This document shows, piece after piece, positions 41,450-57,399 of a DNA stretch of 64,000 bases; position 1 is the first letter of the stretch, and every line of letters begins with the position of its first letter. Source of the stretch: the human T2T-CHM13v2.0 reference genome, Homo sapiens. The stretch is taken from the NCBI RefSeq assembly GCF_009914755.1, contig NC_060928.1. One strand, written 5' to 3'. The position numbers were made by a program, and so were the translations under genes. The notes beneath the pieces were generated by a model that searched no databases, had not been told where the DNA came from, and saw only the letters and a list, made by a program, of their open reading frames with translations.

Positions 41450-41650
41450 TCAGCATATCTGGGTTCAGATCCTAGCTATGATATTTCCCTGTTATTTAAC
41501 CTTAAGCAAATTACTTAATTTTGTCTCAATTTCCTCCTCAGTGAAATAGGAATAATAAATACTTGCTTCAGAAGGCTTCGTTCGGTTCATAAAATTTGAA
41601 CCTAATATCTAGCCCAGCATAAGTAACCCAACAAATGTTAACTGTAAAAT
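41450..41650 (+). mobile_element. MIR
   Basis: CTGGGTTCAGATCCTAGCT..CCTTAAGCAAATTACTTAA..TCTCAATTTCCTC core. Confidence 0.7.
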
Positions 41651-41807
41651 GTTGGGGTGGAGAGCGAATTCCACAATAAATAAATAAATAAATAACACTT
41701 GCTGAATTATTTGAATGAAATTATTACAGGAAGTAAAGTTTCCATATTCTGCCTGGCAGTTTTCTGTATCTCACAACTAATGAAATACAAATTCAGTAAA
41801 ATCTTAC

Positions 41808-41827
41808 CTAGATTTCTTCAGCAGCAT
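41808..41827 (-). other. Candidate 20-nt microexon
   Basis: Minus strand TGCATTCATGTTGCCTAG|ATGCTGCTGAAGAAATCTAG|GTAAGA. Confidence 0.2.
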
Positions 41828-43059
41828 CTAGGCAACATGAATGCATTTTTTACTTGTCTACTGTCTGTCTGAGCGTCCTAGCCTGTTGGAAGCATTGCAC
41901 TTTCAGTTAATCATGCTTTCAATCTTAAAATTTTCTTCAGAGTTTTATCATTCATTCTTAGTTGCTCATAGAAATCTGATAGTTCTGATTTTATGCACTT
42001 GCTTTATTTCCTCAGGAAGAGGAAGGCAGATAAGTATTTTGTTACTCCCAGTCACATTAAATGTGCTGCCTCAAGATCTCCTACTCTTGGTCAGGTAACT
42101 AGATATGAGATTGACATTTCCTAATGCACTGGAGTGATGTGATGTTTAACTAGTGAAGTCCATCAGGATGACATAGGATTGGATAAGGGCTGGTTGTTTG
42201 AACAGCTGATAGATGACCGTGATAAACTTTGCTTCAGTGATTGTACCTCTGTATCTAATGCCCTACGGAAGGGTGCTGTCCATCAAGGCATTCTAGAGCT
42301 CATTTCCTCATGACTTCTGTTATTGGTTCTTTAACCTTATTCAGATACAGCATTAGATGTGCATATTACAGTGTATAAAACATCCTTTTCAAAATAGCAC
42401 TGATTTTTAATTTTTATATAGTGATAAATATTTGAAAAGCTAAAATTCTTTCTTCCTTTTTTATTCTCCAGAGCTTTTGTTTTTCATATTACGTAACATT
42501 TTTGAAAAAGTTGTAAAAGTCTATGTATTGTGGTTGAAATCTGCTTACTTTGTGCATGATAATAAAGATGTTTGCATGAGCCCTTTTCTAATAGCATATT
42601 TTAACTACAGAAACAATCACAAATTGAATAACTCTAAGGAAGCATGATGAAGGGGAGAACCAAATAGGAGGTCCTCTAGAGTTCCTTTTATAATGAAATG
42701 ACCATTAATATGTTAAAAAGTGGAAAGGGGGAAAGAACTGTGATTATCTGCCTCTTATTTTATGTATAATTGTGAATTTTCTCTCTTCTTAGTTATTTTC
42801 TATATCTATTTCTTAGAGAAGAAAACAGAGAGAGACTATAATGATTTAGACAGGAGATGTTCTTACCTACACCTTCATCTATCTCTGCAATGTGGAAAGC
42901 AAGGCCTCTAGAATAAAATGTGCGATACAGACATATATTATTACTTGTTAATTGCTAGGCATGGTAGACTGGAGTATGCTACCTTCCATTTTAAAATTCA
43001 AAATAGGTATTTCATTTATTCAACAAATTTTTATTACGAATTTACTGTGTATAAGACTC

Positions 43060-43382
<323 letters not shown>

Positions 43383-44786
43383 CTATGGATGGTTCACATG
43401 GAGTTTCATGCTCATATATGTAAGAGATGATACAGGAGGGGAGGTATCATCTGAGACAGCCAATAATATCTATGAAAACACAAAATGGGAAAGTACATAT
43501 AACAACTTTTAAATGTTAAAAGTTAATTATTCTTTATAGTTGAAATACTATAGGAATATAAAATACAAAATATAAAATAGTTATTTAGTAGTTATATAAA
43601 ATACAAAACATGTATTAAACCAGTTCTGCATAATGTTCTGTGGAAGAGTCCTTGTAGACAATAAAGGCAATATGTTAATTTCCATCTTGTCATGCCTATA
43701 TCCTTGTACAAACTTATTGAATTATACAAAGGAGATGTTATCTCCATTTACAGTTTGAAAGTCTGATATACCAAAAGATTGTCATATATCTCAAATTTGT
43801 GTGCTAATATTTATGGAGCCCAGTGAACACGGAATGATTCTGTCAGTGGGCTCTTTTGGTCTGGTTGGTGATAATTCATTGTCCCTAATTCTCAGAACTA
43901 GGCATGACCATCTGCCCAATAACAAAAAAGGAACGAAAAGATTGTGGGGGGAAATATTTGGGATTCTGGCCACTGCACAAGGATAATTTATCAAAAAGGT
44001 AAAACAGAGTATTTGCTAGGGAAATACAAAGTGGATTTAAATTCATTGGTAGCTTGGCTTAGAACACACTTTATTGTTGGGAGTGGAAAAATAACTAAAG
44101 ATGACTTTTTGTTTTTTATATCAATCACTCCTTATAAACAAAAATTAAACTTTTAGTGTGAAGACCAAGAATTGAAGAGCATATGGTTTATATTTATAAC
44201 CTAATGAATTTTCTTCCCAGTCTCAGTATATTTCTTATTTCTCCATTTGCCTTATAAAAGTGTGTTGGGCTACCATTCTCCCTTGGGTACTCTCTTCTAT
44301 ACCTCAAGTCCCTGTAACTCAAATCTGGATTTTTAAGGCTCTCAGAGTTTTTCCATCCTCTGAGATCGCTCTCTCTTTTCATATTCAAATGAAAATGTCC
44401 AAGCAACCCATTTCACATAGAGTGGGAAGCCAGCATCTTCCTTTTTCCTCATTCCTCTTGCTTTACCCAACCTTGTACACTGCCTCTGATTCTTTGTTCA
44501 CGAATGCATGGTTTGAACGGACAGGAAACATTTATAAGTGCTTTGGTGTCATGGAAAGCTTACATCAAACCAAAATACAGATAGCTACTTCAAATTAAAT
44601 GTGTGATGTCAGCATTGTCTAATTTGCAATACTCTCCCACTGATAACCCTTTTACCCTAATGGTCCAATGTGCTGTTGTCTTCTTGAATCTGACTTCAAA
44701 TCTTCTTCATTTCTTCCTACCTCTTGTTAAAAGAAAAATTTAAACGAAATAAATTTAGCAGAGTTTGTTTCAGCAAAGAATACTTC

Positions 44787-45372
44787 ATGACTCAGGCGGC
44801 AATCAGAACTAGGAGAGATTCAGGGAACCCTGCCCAGCAATGAATCAGGCGGCAATCAGAACCAGGCGAGATTCAGGGAACCCTGCCCAGCGATGAGTCA
44901 GGCGGCAATCAGAACCAGGAGAGACTCAGAGAACCTGGTCCAGCAATGAATCAGGCGGCAATCAGAACCAGGAGAGATTCAGGGAACCCTGCCCAGCAAT
45001 GAATCAGGCGGCAATCAGAACCAGGCGAGATTCAGGGAACCCTGCCCAGCAATGAATCAGGTGGCCATCAGAACCAGGAGAGACTCAGAGAACCTGGTCC
45101 AGCAATGAATCAGGTGGCAATCAGAACCAGGCGAGATTCAGGGAACCCCGCCCAGCAGTGAATCAGGTGGCAATCAGAACCAGGAGAGATTCAGGGAACC
45201 CTGCCCAGCAATGAGTCAGGTGGCCATCAGAACCAGGAGAGACTCAGAGAACCTGGTCCAGCAATGAATCAGGCGGCAATCAGAACCAGGAGAGATTCAG
45301 GGAACCCCGCCCAGCAATGAATCAGGCGGCAATCAGAACCAGGAGAGATTCAGGGAACCCTGCCCAGCAATG
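44787..45372. repeat. Minisatellite/VNTR, 11 x 53 bp
   Basis: Consensus ATGAATCAGGCGGCAATCAGAACCAGGAGAGATTCAGGGAACCCTGCCCAGCA; units start every 53 bp from 44787 with no indels. Confidence 0.97.
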
Positions 45373-45607
45373 TGAGCAGCAGCTTGGATAGGCTAAATGT
45401 CAAGCAAAGCAAAGACGTTGCTTGATTGGCTACCTCTAGGCATTTGCCTTATTTGAGTATAATCTGGGGGAAAGTCCCTAGTGAGAAGTTAGCTGACTGT
45501 TTCTGATTGGTTAGGTCTAGTTTTGCTTCACTTTACACTGGGCTTTGGTCTACTTACATAAGAACCCAAAGTGCTGGTACCTTCTCAGCCGAATGCTTCC
45601 CCATTAC

Positions 45608-45777
45608 GTATATATATACTTATGTGTGTGTATACATGTGTATATATACGTGTGTGTGTATATACGTATATACACACACACGTATATATACATATGTATA
45701 TATGTATATATGCACATGCATAGGCATATATATGTATATATGCACATGCATACATGTATATATATGTATATGCGTAT
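45608..45777. repeat. Mixed (TA)/(TG)/(CA) microsatellite
   Basis: Alternating purine-pyrimidine tract. Confidence 0.9.
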
Positions 45778-45987
45778 TGCAGTGAAGAAGACCAGAGGTT
45801 ACTCTTGTCGCCATCTTGGTTTGGTGGGTTTTAGCTGGCTTCTTTACTACAACCTGTTTTATCAGCAAGGTCTTTATGACTTGTACCTTGTGCTGACCTG
45901 CTTTCTCATCCTGTGACTTAGAACACCTTAACAACCTGGGAATGCAGCCCAGTAGGTCTCAGCCTCATTTTACCCTCCCCCTATTCA
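45772..45987 (-). repeat. 216-bp copy of the LTR8 segment at 47715-47930
   Basis: Ungapped alignment at offset 1943, 9 mismatches by eye. Confidence 0.92.
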
Positions 45988-46032
45988 TATACCCACCTAC
46001 GTATATACACACACACACATATATATATATAG

Positions 46033-46073
<41 letters not shown>

Positions 46074-46074
<1 letters not shown>

Positions 46075-46382
46075 TTTTTTTTTCTTTTTTTTTTTTCTGA
46101 GACGGAGTCTTTCTCTGTCACCCAGGCTGGGGTGCAGTGGCGCAATCTCAGCTTACTGCAAGCTCCGCCTCCTAGGTTCACACATTCTTCTGCCTCAGCC
46201 TCCCTAGTAGGGGGGACTACAGGCACTCGCCACCACACCCGGCTAATTTTTTGTATTTTTTTTTAGTAGAGACGGGGTTTCACCGTGTTAGCCAGGATGG
46301 TCTCGATCTCTTGACCTCGTGATCCACCCGCCTCGGCCTCTCAAAGTGCTGGGATTACAGGTGTGAGCCACCGCGCCCGGCC
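46074..46382 (-). mobile_element. AluY with a compound microsatellite tail
   Basis: GCAAGCTCCGCC, CCGTGTTAGCCAGGATGGTCTCGATCTC; TSD CCCATTACGT(A/G)TAT at 45600-45613 and 46383-46396. Confidence 0.94.
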
Positions 46383-46879
46383 CCCATTACGTGTATTTTT
46401 AATATTCTCCTTCTCCCTGAGTTCATGAACCCTCTCTCCAGAAAGTGGAAAGTCAACATTTTTCTACTTCCTTTTGCAAAACAAATGTGTTCTTTCACCC
46501 ATCCATCTTACACTCAGGATGGTACCTTATCTAACCTAAATGACTCATATAGAAATATCTATTCATTTTTCTTCAAAATAAACCAGAAATATATCTGCCT
46601 TCCTTGCCCCTACCCATACATTATTGTTTCCTTTTCACTCTACTCCAATCAGATTCTCCATGGGTCTTTCACCTGCTAAAAACTCAATACCTGTCTCTGA
46701 CACAAATCCTCTGCTATGTTTTCCATTTCTTCCTAACCTTGATGCGTAGAGGCAGCTTTCTCTACTAGCTACTGCCACTTACTGACTGGCTGCAGAATGA
46801 GGGCGAGCCCTTACTCTAACCTTCAGAAAACTAGGAAATTGATCCCTTCCTTTGCAAACTTCTTTTTAAAACCTTGCTG

Positions 46880-47423
46880 ACAAAAGGAAAAGAGATAGGG
46901 TAACAAATAAAAAATTACTGATGACAACTGCTGTCCTCTGAAAAGACCACAAAAATCTTCTGTTGACCAAGTAAAGCCAAGTTTATTGCCCATTGCAATA
47001 AAAGCAATCACCACTTACAGTCTTAGTAATGTCTTGTAAGGGGCAGTACAAGGTCAGATACATATAAGTACAAGGCTGAGATGTGGTTTAAATCAGGCCT
47101 TTTAATGCCGAAATATGATTGGGACTGAGCAGTGCTTATGATATAATGGTTTAAGTTCGATGGCATCAGGGAAAGAGGGGGATTGAAACAAATCTTGTTG
47201 AGTAAACAGTCATTTGGTAAGCTAAAGTTTGCTGATTTGAGTAATGTGTTATCCTGAGAGACCTAGTGAAGTAATCTATCCTTTAAATAAATGCTTTTCA
47301 GGAAGTTCCTAAAACAAACAATTTTATGGTGCAGCCTTATCTTCTGGGTAAGAGTTTCCTGGAATATTACAGTCATGGTGATATAGACAGTCTTAGTTCT
47401 TGATCTAGTAAGCTGTGTGGTTA
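46880..47423 (-). mobile_element. Old ERV LTR-like element, family not assigned, interrupted by LTR8
   Basis: GCCAAGTTTATTG (reverse poly(A) signal context) and LTR-like composition. Confidence 0.4.
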
Positions 47424-47964
47424 TGTTAATGGAAAGGGGTCCGGATCCAGACTCCAAGAGACTATCCTTGGATCATGTGCAAAAAAGAATTTAAGGTGAG
47501 TACATAGAGGAAAGTGAAAACAAGTTTATTAGGAAAGTAACGGAATAAAAAATGGCTACTCCATAGGTAGAGCAGCTGCAAGGGCTCTTTTTTTGGTTAT
47601 TTTTTGATTAAATGCTAAACAGAGGGTGGATTATTCATGCTTCCCCTTTTTAGACCATATAAGGTAACTTCCTGACGTTGCCATGGCATTTGTAGATTGT
47701 CATGGCTCTGGAGGGCGTATAGCAGTGAAGAAGACCAGAGGTCACTCTTGTTGCCATCTTTGTTTGGTGGGTTTTAGCTGGCTTCTTTACTGCAACCTGT
47801 TTTATCAGCAAGGTCTTTATGACCTGTACCTTGTGCTGACCTCCTTTCTCATCCTGTGACTTAGAACACCTTAACAACATGGGAATGCAGCCCAGTAGGT
47901 CTCAGCCTCATTTTACCCACCCCCTATTCAAGATAGAGTTGCTCTGGTTCAAACACCTCTGACA
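47424..47964 (-). mobile_element. LTR8 ERV1 solo LTR with internal deletions
   Basis: TGTTA..GGAAAGGGGTCCGGATCCAGAC...GTTCAAACACCTCTGACA; perfect 4-bp TSD GTTA. Confidence 0.92.
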
Positions 47965-48336
47965 GTTACAAGCAAGTTTCCCTGCTAACTAGAAACTATT
48001 GGGTGTGTGTTCTCTGAACTCAAAACTCCTCATTACAGAGACCATTCAGCTCTGAATCCACAGAGCTTGGAATGTCACAGATATTCCAATAAGTGTTTGT
48101 TGTATGTAACTGAATCATTTTGGTATCTAGATTTTTTTAATCTTTTTTCCTAACCCTTTATTAGAGATAGTGTCTGAAAATGTCCTTATACAACTTTCTT
48201 CTTTCCTCCTTCCCATCATCCATTTTTCAATTCTTCACAAAAGAGGCATCGAGATCTCTTACAATCTTATTAAATCATATCATTTTTCCAGTTTAAAAAT
48301 TATTGGAATGGTTTTCTTTCCTTTTTAAAAAATTAT

Positions 48337-48648
<312 letters not shown>

Positions 48649-49654
48649 TGAAACTCCTCTGCATGACACACGGTCCCAGAAGATGGAGACACCCTTCTCC
48701 AGCCTCATCTCACTCCAACTTCCCCATTCACCATGTTGAAATCACATCTTACTGATTCTTGGACAGACCAGCTCTTTCATTCCTAAGGTGCACCTCCTAG
48801 TTTCCCTGCTTGGAACACTCTGCCTAAGGGTTCTCTCATAGCTCTGTCCTACTTCTCATTGAGCTCTTGGCTTGAATGTCCTCTACTCAGAGAAACCATC
48901 CCTGACCTTACAAGATGCACTTGCGCCTGCTTCCTTACCTTGTCTCTGCAGTAGGGACTCTATGATATGAGTGAATGAAGGGATTCATTTATGAACCAAC
49001 AAACAATGCACATTATTGAATTTGTTACTTAGAGAAGACAGGTAAATTTTTTTAAGTTTTCATATAAATCAAGGTTCATTGTAAATAGTGTCTCTCATAT
49101 CATTCTGAAGAGCCATTCACATTACTAGTCATGAAGAAAAAGGAAAGGTGCCCCACATCTGAATTGCATCTTAATTTGCATCTCTGAGAAACTTCAAGCA
49201 AGCATTTTTCTGAGCACTTATAATCATTAGAATACTTCCTCTTGAGAGAATTTCCTCAGATCCCTAGTCTCTCAATCTCAACTTCACCCCAGTGTAGCAT
49301 AGCATATCTCAACCCATGTGTGTATTTCTCCTGAGTGGGATAGAGGTGAAGAAGGCAGGAGTGCAGGATACAGGGTGAGTGCAATTGACACCTCACACCA
49401 GGAGCGGCCACACAAGGGTGAGAGAGCTGCTTTCTACATCATTATGGCAGAGGGAGCCATCCCTGGATTAAATGTAATCTTTGTGTTTTCAAGAGTTTAA
49501 GACCCACCATGTCTTCCTTTTTTTTTTTTTTTTTTCCAAATTTGCAAATGTCGGCATGTTTTCTCTGTGCTACTGGATAGGTGGGTGGTTTCCATATAAA
49601 AGCCTTTCATTAAAGAGCACACGTTATAGAAATTCTTTATGTCCAAGCAAATTA

Positions 49655-49975
<321 letters not shown>

Positions 49976-50039
49976 TTAGCAATGAAGCTGATGAAAAATG
50001 TGTCCACATATCTCCTTGTAGTTAGTATTCGGAGGAATT

Positions 50040-50502
50040 ATTTATTTCCTTTCATATAGACATGGGATCTTACATGCTCAAAATAAGGGAGTGCAGGCAT
50101 GCTCAACAGAGAGTCGTGCAATGGAACTTGGGGTTTCTATCTTTATGGGTTTCTTTAACCAAGGGGTGGAATATTTAAGAAAATTCCTCAAAAAATGTGG
50201 AGATTTCTTGGAACTGTGGTGCCTCCCATTTTTACACCAAATATAGGTGCTCCTGGAACTGTCATGGCGCTAGTGAGTGTGTGATTTGTATGCTAATGGG
50301 CATATAATGAGATCATAGGAGAAACCTTGGTCAAATCCAGTACCATGTTGGGTCCAGTCAGTCTTAGCCAGCTTGGCACACACCCCCTGGTTTTTCAGGT
50401 CTTATCAGCCCTTAGCTTCTGTGGCTATTTCCAGTGTTACTGTGAAACTGCTACCTGGAATTTTCTATTCTCCTGCGACCACTCTATATTATTCCTGTCT
50501 CA
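50040..50502 (-). mobile_element. ERV1 MER4-group LTR (MER66/LTR19-like)
   Basis: Ends CTGGAATTTTCTATTCTCCTGCGACCAC..TATTCCTGTCTCA (reverse complement TGAGACAGGAATA); left boundary uncertain. Confidence 0.6.
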
Positions 50503-50594
50503 TTACTATCATGTTTTCTTCACCCAAGCTATGAAAGTAGAGGTGCAACCAGTCTCTCTTTTCACCAAGGGTGACATTGGATACATCCGTGACT

Positions 50595-50938
50595 TGTTGC
50601 TGGTATAATACATATTAGGGAATGAAAGACAAAATGCAGCAGGCAAGTAAGGAGATGATTTTTATTCAGGCTATTTCAATAAGAGGAACATATTAACGAG
50701 GAAGATCTCAAAGAGAGGGAGAAAACCTGGGTGGTGGTGGGGCTCATCTGAGTCCTGGAAGAAGGTGAAGGTGGATTTTATCTTGGAATATGTGAGGCCA
50801 GGGTCATCCTTTGCGTTCAGCCATTTCTTGGAACACAGAGGAGTGTGATTATCTGGGAGAACAAAAAAATGGAAGGATTTCTTCATCAAAGCTGTTTTCT
50901 ATGAGCACAGAGAGCTGGGGTAAAATTTGACATTGTCA
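50595..50938 (-). mobile_element. MER67-like ERV1 solo LTR
   Basis: TG..CA ends; ends GAGCACAG..GGTAAAATTTGACATTGTCA. Confidence 0.6.
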
Positions 50939-51389
50939 ATGGAAATATAGGTCAAACTAAGAATGAGCACACTCTTTTTCATACTTGTTTGCTTTGTATT
51001 CCAAGATGAAAGAGTACATATGAGAATAATGTTTTACTAAGCTGTGTAGTTTTACTATACTGATTTTTTATAAATTCATTATTTTTCTTCATGGATATTT
51101 CTGCAATAAAAATTAATTTGGTTATGTTTTTAGACTGTAATGTTACTATATTCTTTAATGATAAGTAGGGCTTGTATAAGAAAATATTGTTCTTTTGGTG
51201 GGTTGCCAACCATGTGGTCCCACACTCCTTATGTGTGCTTGGCTGGCTCAATTTCCTTATTCCCCATTCACGTTCACTTTATTGAAGCAGTGATCTATGG
51301 GTGGAATAAGTAGCATTATTTAATGCCTGATCTAGAAGGAGTTTTGTGTTTTGTTTTTGTTTTTTGCTTCCCAACAATAGAACTTATAC

Positions 51390-51745
51390 TATTTTGTATG
51401 TGTGTGGGTACATACTAGGTACATATACTTATGAGGTACATGAGATATTTTGATACAGGCATAAAATACATAATAAACACACCCTGGAAAATTTGTATCC
51501 ATCCCCTCAAGCATTTATTTTTTGTGTTACAAACAATCCAATTATCTCTTTTAGTTACTTTAAAATATACAATCAAATTATTATTGACTATAGTACCCCT
51601 GTTATACTATAAAATACTAGGTCTTATTCATTCTTTCTAATTATTTTTTGTGCCCATTAACCATCCCTGTCTGCCCACTGGCCCTCCCACTACTCTTTTC
51701 AGTCTCTGGTAATCATTCTTCTATTCTCTAGCTCCATGAGTTGAT
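51390..51745 (-). mobile_element. L1MA (MA2/3-like) 3' end
   Basis: GGTACATGAGATATTTTGATACAGGCAT..TATCCATCCCCTCAAGCATTTAT. Confidence 0.8.
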
Positions 51746-54296
51746 TCCAACAGGAAAACTTGATAATCATCAGTTTCCCAACAACAAGACACTTTTGCCT
51801 AATGCTAGATATCATTGTCTTATTGCTATCTTCTTTGATGTTCTTGTGTCAAGTCTTTTCACACCTTCTCCTTTCTTCTGAGAGGGGAGTATTTCCTCCT
51901 TTCTCTACACAATAAAGTTCCCAGTGTTAATAGCGACATATATTCCCTCAGTTACTAGGCTTCGGATATCCGGTCATCATCTTGAAGTCTCATCATTCAT
52001 AAAGGTTTTGTTCTCCAGAGAAGTAATTGACATTCTGTTGGCATTTTATTTATGAATGGTAAAAATATTCATATCAGTAATGACAAATATTCTTATCATC
52101 AACAATAATTCTACTCTGTTCTCATCCATGTGCTCAATTTAAAATCTTGTTTCCTGAAGGAAAAAGGTGAATGTCTTGTATATTCTGAAAAAGTTACAAG
52201 TAAATTTTTCTATCAAATGACATTAATAAAAAGTGTATAAACTTGGGTTTTGGAAGATCTAGTATTTGCTAGAAAATCTAATGCCTATGTAAATCTATTC
52301 ATCTTCATTTGATCATGGCATATTTTCAAACTACTTCTAGATATTAAGATGTGATTACCACAATTTTATTTAAAGATAAGAAATGAAAGTTATAAGATGT
52401 AAAACAAAGTAATTTCTATTTATTAATTAAATTATTAAATTATTAGCATTCGTTTAGTAAAGACCTTAATAGATAAACATTAGTTTATTGTGAGATTTTA
52501 AAATTTTCTTTACTCTGAAAAACAACATTTACTCTGCCTCAAAAGGGACATCCTTCCCTTTTTGAAAAATTTGATAATTTCCAGAAAGAATTCAAATCTC
52601 CATAAATTGATAAGTCCGTATGAGCTGAAGAAAAAATTATATTCTTCAAGTGAGTAGGGATAATTATTATGGAAAAAGAGGACAGTTTATCTCATTTATA
52701 TGGTGATGATTCATTTTTAGAAAATGACAATATACTTTGCGAAGTTTACGTCCAAAACCTAGGAGAGTTCTAAGTAACACTTAATTGAAATGTTTGAGGA
52801 AAGAGGCAACTAAACAAGAAACAAAAGAACATCCTCCATGTCCACTAGTGAGGCCTTTGACACAGAAATGCACGTGGAGCTTATTGCGGGCAGGAGCATG
52901 AGGAATCCTCTGTGCTTAGGAAAGAGCCTGGTGGCTGGCACTCTGTCGTCTCAGTGGAAGTCAAATAGCCATGGAGAGTCAGAGCTCATAAGCTCATAGG
53001 AGACTTTACTAGAACCACTAATCTGACTTCAGGATAGTGCGTCAGAATTTTTATATGTCAAAAACATTAGTTGACAAATAATTAGTTTCCAAGCTCTTTT
53101 GGAAAATTATTTAAATAACATATTAATTTATATAAAACTAAAAACGGTAGCAATTCACTATAGAGCAATTAGATTCAGGTAAAAATGACAACTTTTCACT
53201 CATTTAGAATATTATTGTATGCACTGGAGACATTTTCAATATTAGCTCTTTGTGAATGTTCTTTTAATGACATTAATAGCCATCAAACAATACAGTTTTC
53301 ATTAAACCGTATGTACAAAGGTAGACATTTGAAAAGAGAGATCCACACACCAGGCATATCTTTTTGATTCTTCAGATGGAGGAATTTTCCTAAGCTCCTA
53401 TCAGTAATCATCAGGAAAGAAGTTTAAAACAGATTGAACAGAGGAAACGTACAAAGAACAAGGCAGCTCTAAACCAGATATTCCTTGGAAGAGATGAAAT
53501 GATTTCCTGCATCTCCTGCCACTCTTGTGTTTTTTGTTGGTTGCTTTTTTGTCATTGTTCATGGATTAATCTCATTCTTGAAATTCCTTCTGTGAGATTT
53601 ATCTGTTGAGAACTTTCCAGATTCTTCTAGAAATTGAAAAAGCAAACAGAAATTACTAACTTAATATCCTCAAGGGAAGTGATGTGTAGAGAAGGATCTT
53701 AATCATTAAAGCTCTAAGATTTCTAGGAAAAAAAAGGACAATTAGAAGGTTATATTTATTTATCATAGTTTTTATCTTATCATGAATTAGTTTTCTATAA
53801 AGAAGCCAGCTCAAGATAAAATTATTTGGTAGCCAGGTGTGCTTCTAGCATCCCTGTATCCCTCTTTTCCCCTTATCCCTCCCCACCCCCTGCTATCCTA
53901 CCATGCTCCTTTATACGCTTTCATCCTCCTGCCTCTAGGTATAGACATCTATGCATGTCTGTGTATTCTGTGGACCACCAGGTTGGATCTAAATGGTACT
54001 ACCTTAATGCCTGCTAAAGGATGGGCCCCATGGAGTGATCAATGGTTTTCTAATCTCTCATTTTCTCTCTAATGAAATTCTCCACCAGTCTTTTCCAGTT
54101 AGATTTACTGAAGGTTATGGTGTCATCTTTTCTGGGTAGCCTAGTTTTTTTTTTTTTTTTTTTTTTCAGTTTTTATTGATTGGGCTTTTTTATCCCCAAC
54201 ACCCAATGAGTTATCAACATTTGCCAGTTTAATCTTGAAACTGTTGGTTTTATGTCCCATGAATAATGCCCTCGGGCTATTGTTATCACTTCCAGA

Positions 54297-56319
<2,023 letters not shown>

Positions 56320-56632
56320 TGCTGTAGTTGCTCTTTGGCTAGTTTCCTGGCACCAATTCACACATACTCAATCTTTACCTCATATTACTGCCAGATTTAT
56401 CTTGAGGAAATATCACCTTTAGTTATTCACATACTAAAAAATCTTCAGTGGCTCCTCATTGCCTATTGACCACACCTCCTTTAAATACCTATCCTTTACT
56501 ATTTGACTACCCCCATGATCCTATATAAGGAGGATATGTTTGCATAACTTGATTATGTAGGATATGAATGTTGACAGTCTTCCACTGACAAATCTCACCT
56601 GAAACAGCTTTCCTTCTACTTCCATTGATTGA

Positions 56633-57030
<398 letters not shown>

Positions 57031-57399
57031 TCACAGCAATTTTTAAATCTCCAACTCTTTAACTCTCTTTTAGTTTTATAAATGTAAACACATCTGTTAA
57101 ATTATAAGTGACTTGGAGGCATCATCATCATTTTACCATAGCCAATCTTTATGTCTGCATCTTTGTTTTTTAACCCAGTTCTTTTTGGTTTTTACTTAAT
57201 TTCTTACATATTTAATATCTGACTTTTATTTTTGTCATGCAGTTAAAGGCTTAGAATAAGCAGATTATTTAAAAAGTGTTTCTGCAACCCAGCTTATGAT
57301 ATAAACCATTACCCAGAGACTTTGAAGCCTTCTGTGTTCCTTTCTGATCTCAAACTGGTGAATGTGAACTGCTATTGACCTATGGGTTTAATTTTCAAA

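Larger units (their letters stand above)
44725..46404 (-). mobile_element. ERV1 MER4-group solo LTR (MER57/MER93/LTR54-like), expanded by a VNTR and an AluY insertion
   Basis: Starts TGTTAAAAGAAAAATTTAAACGAAATAAATTTAGCAGAGTTT; CTTGATTGGCTAC and CTGATTGG motifs; ends TTTTAATA after the Alu. Confidence 0.65.

Noticed and set aside
44787-45372. CRISPR-like array
   Set aside because: Units are contiguous near-identical 53-mers with no unique spacers, and the context is primate DNA; this is a minisatellite.
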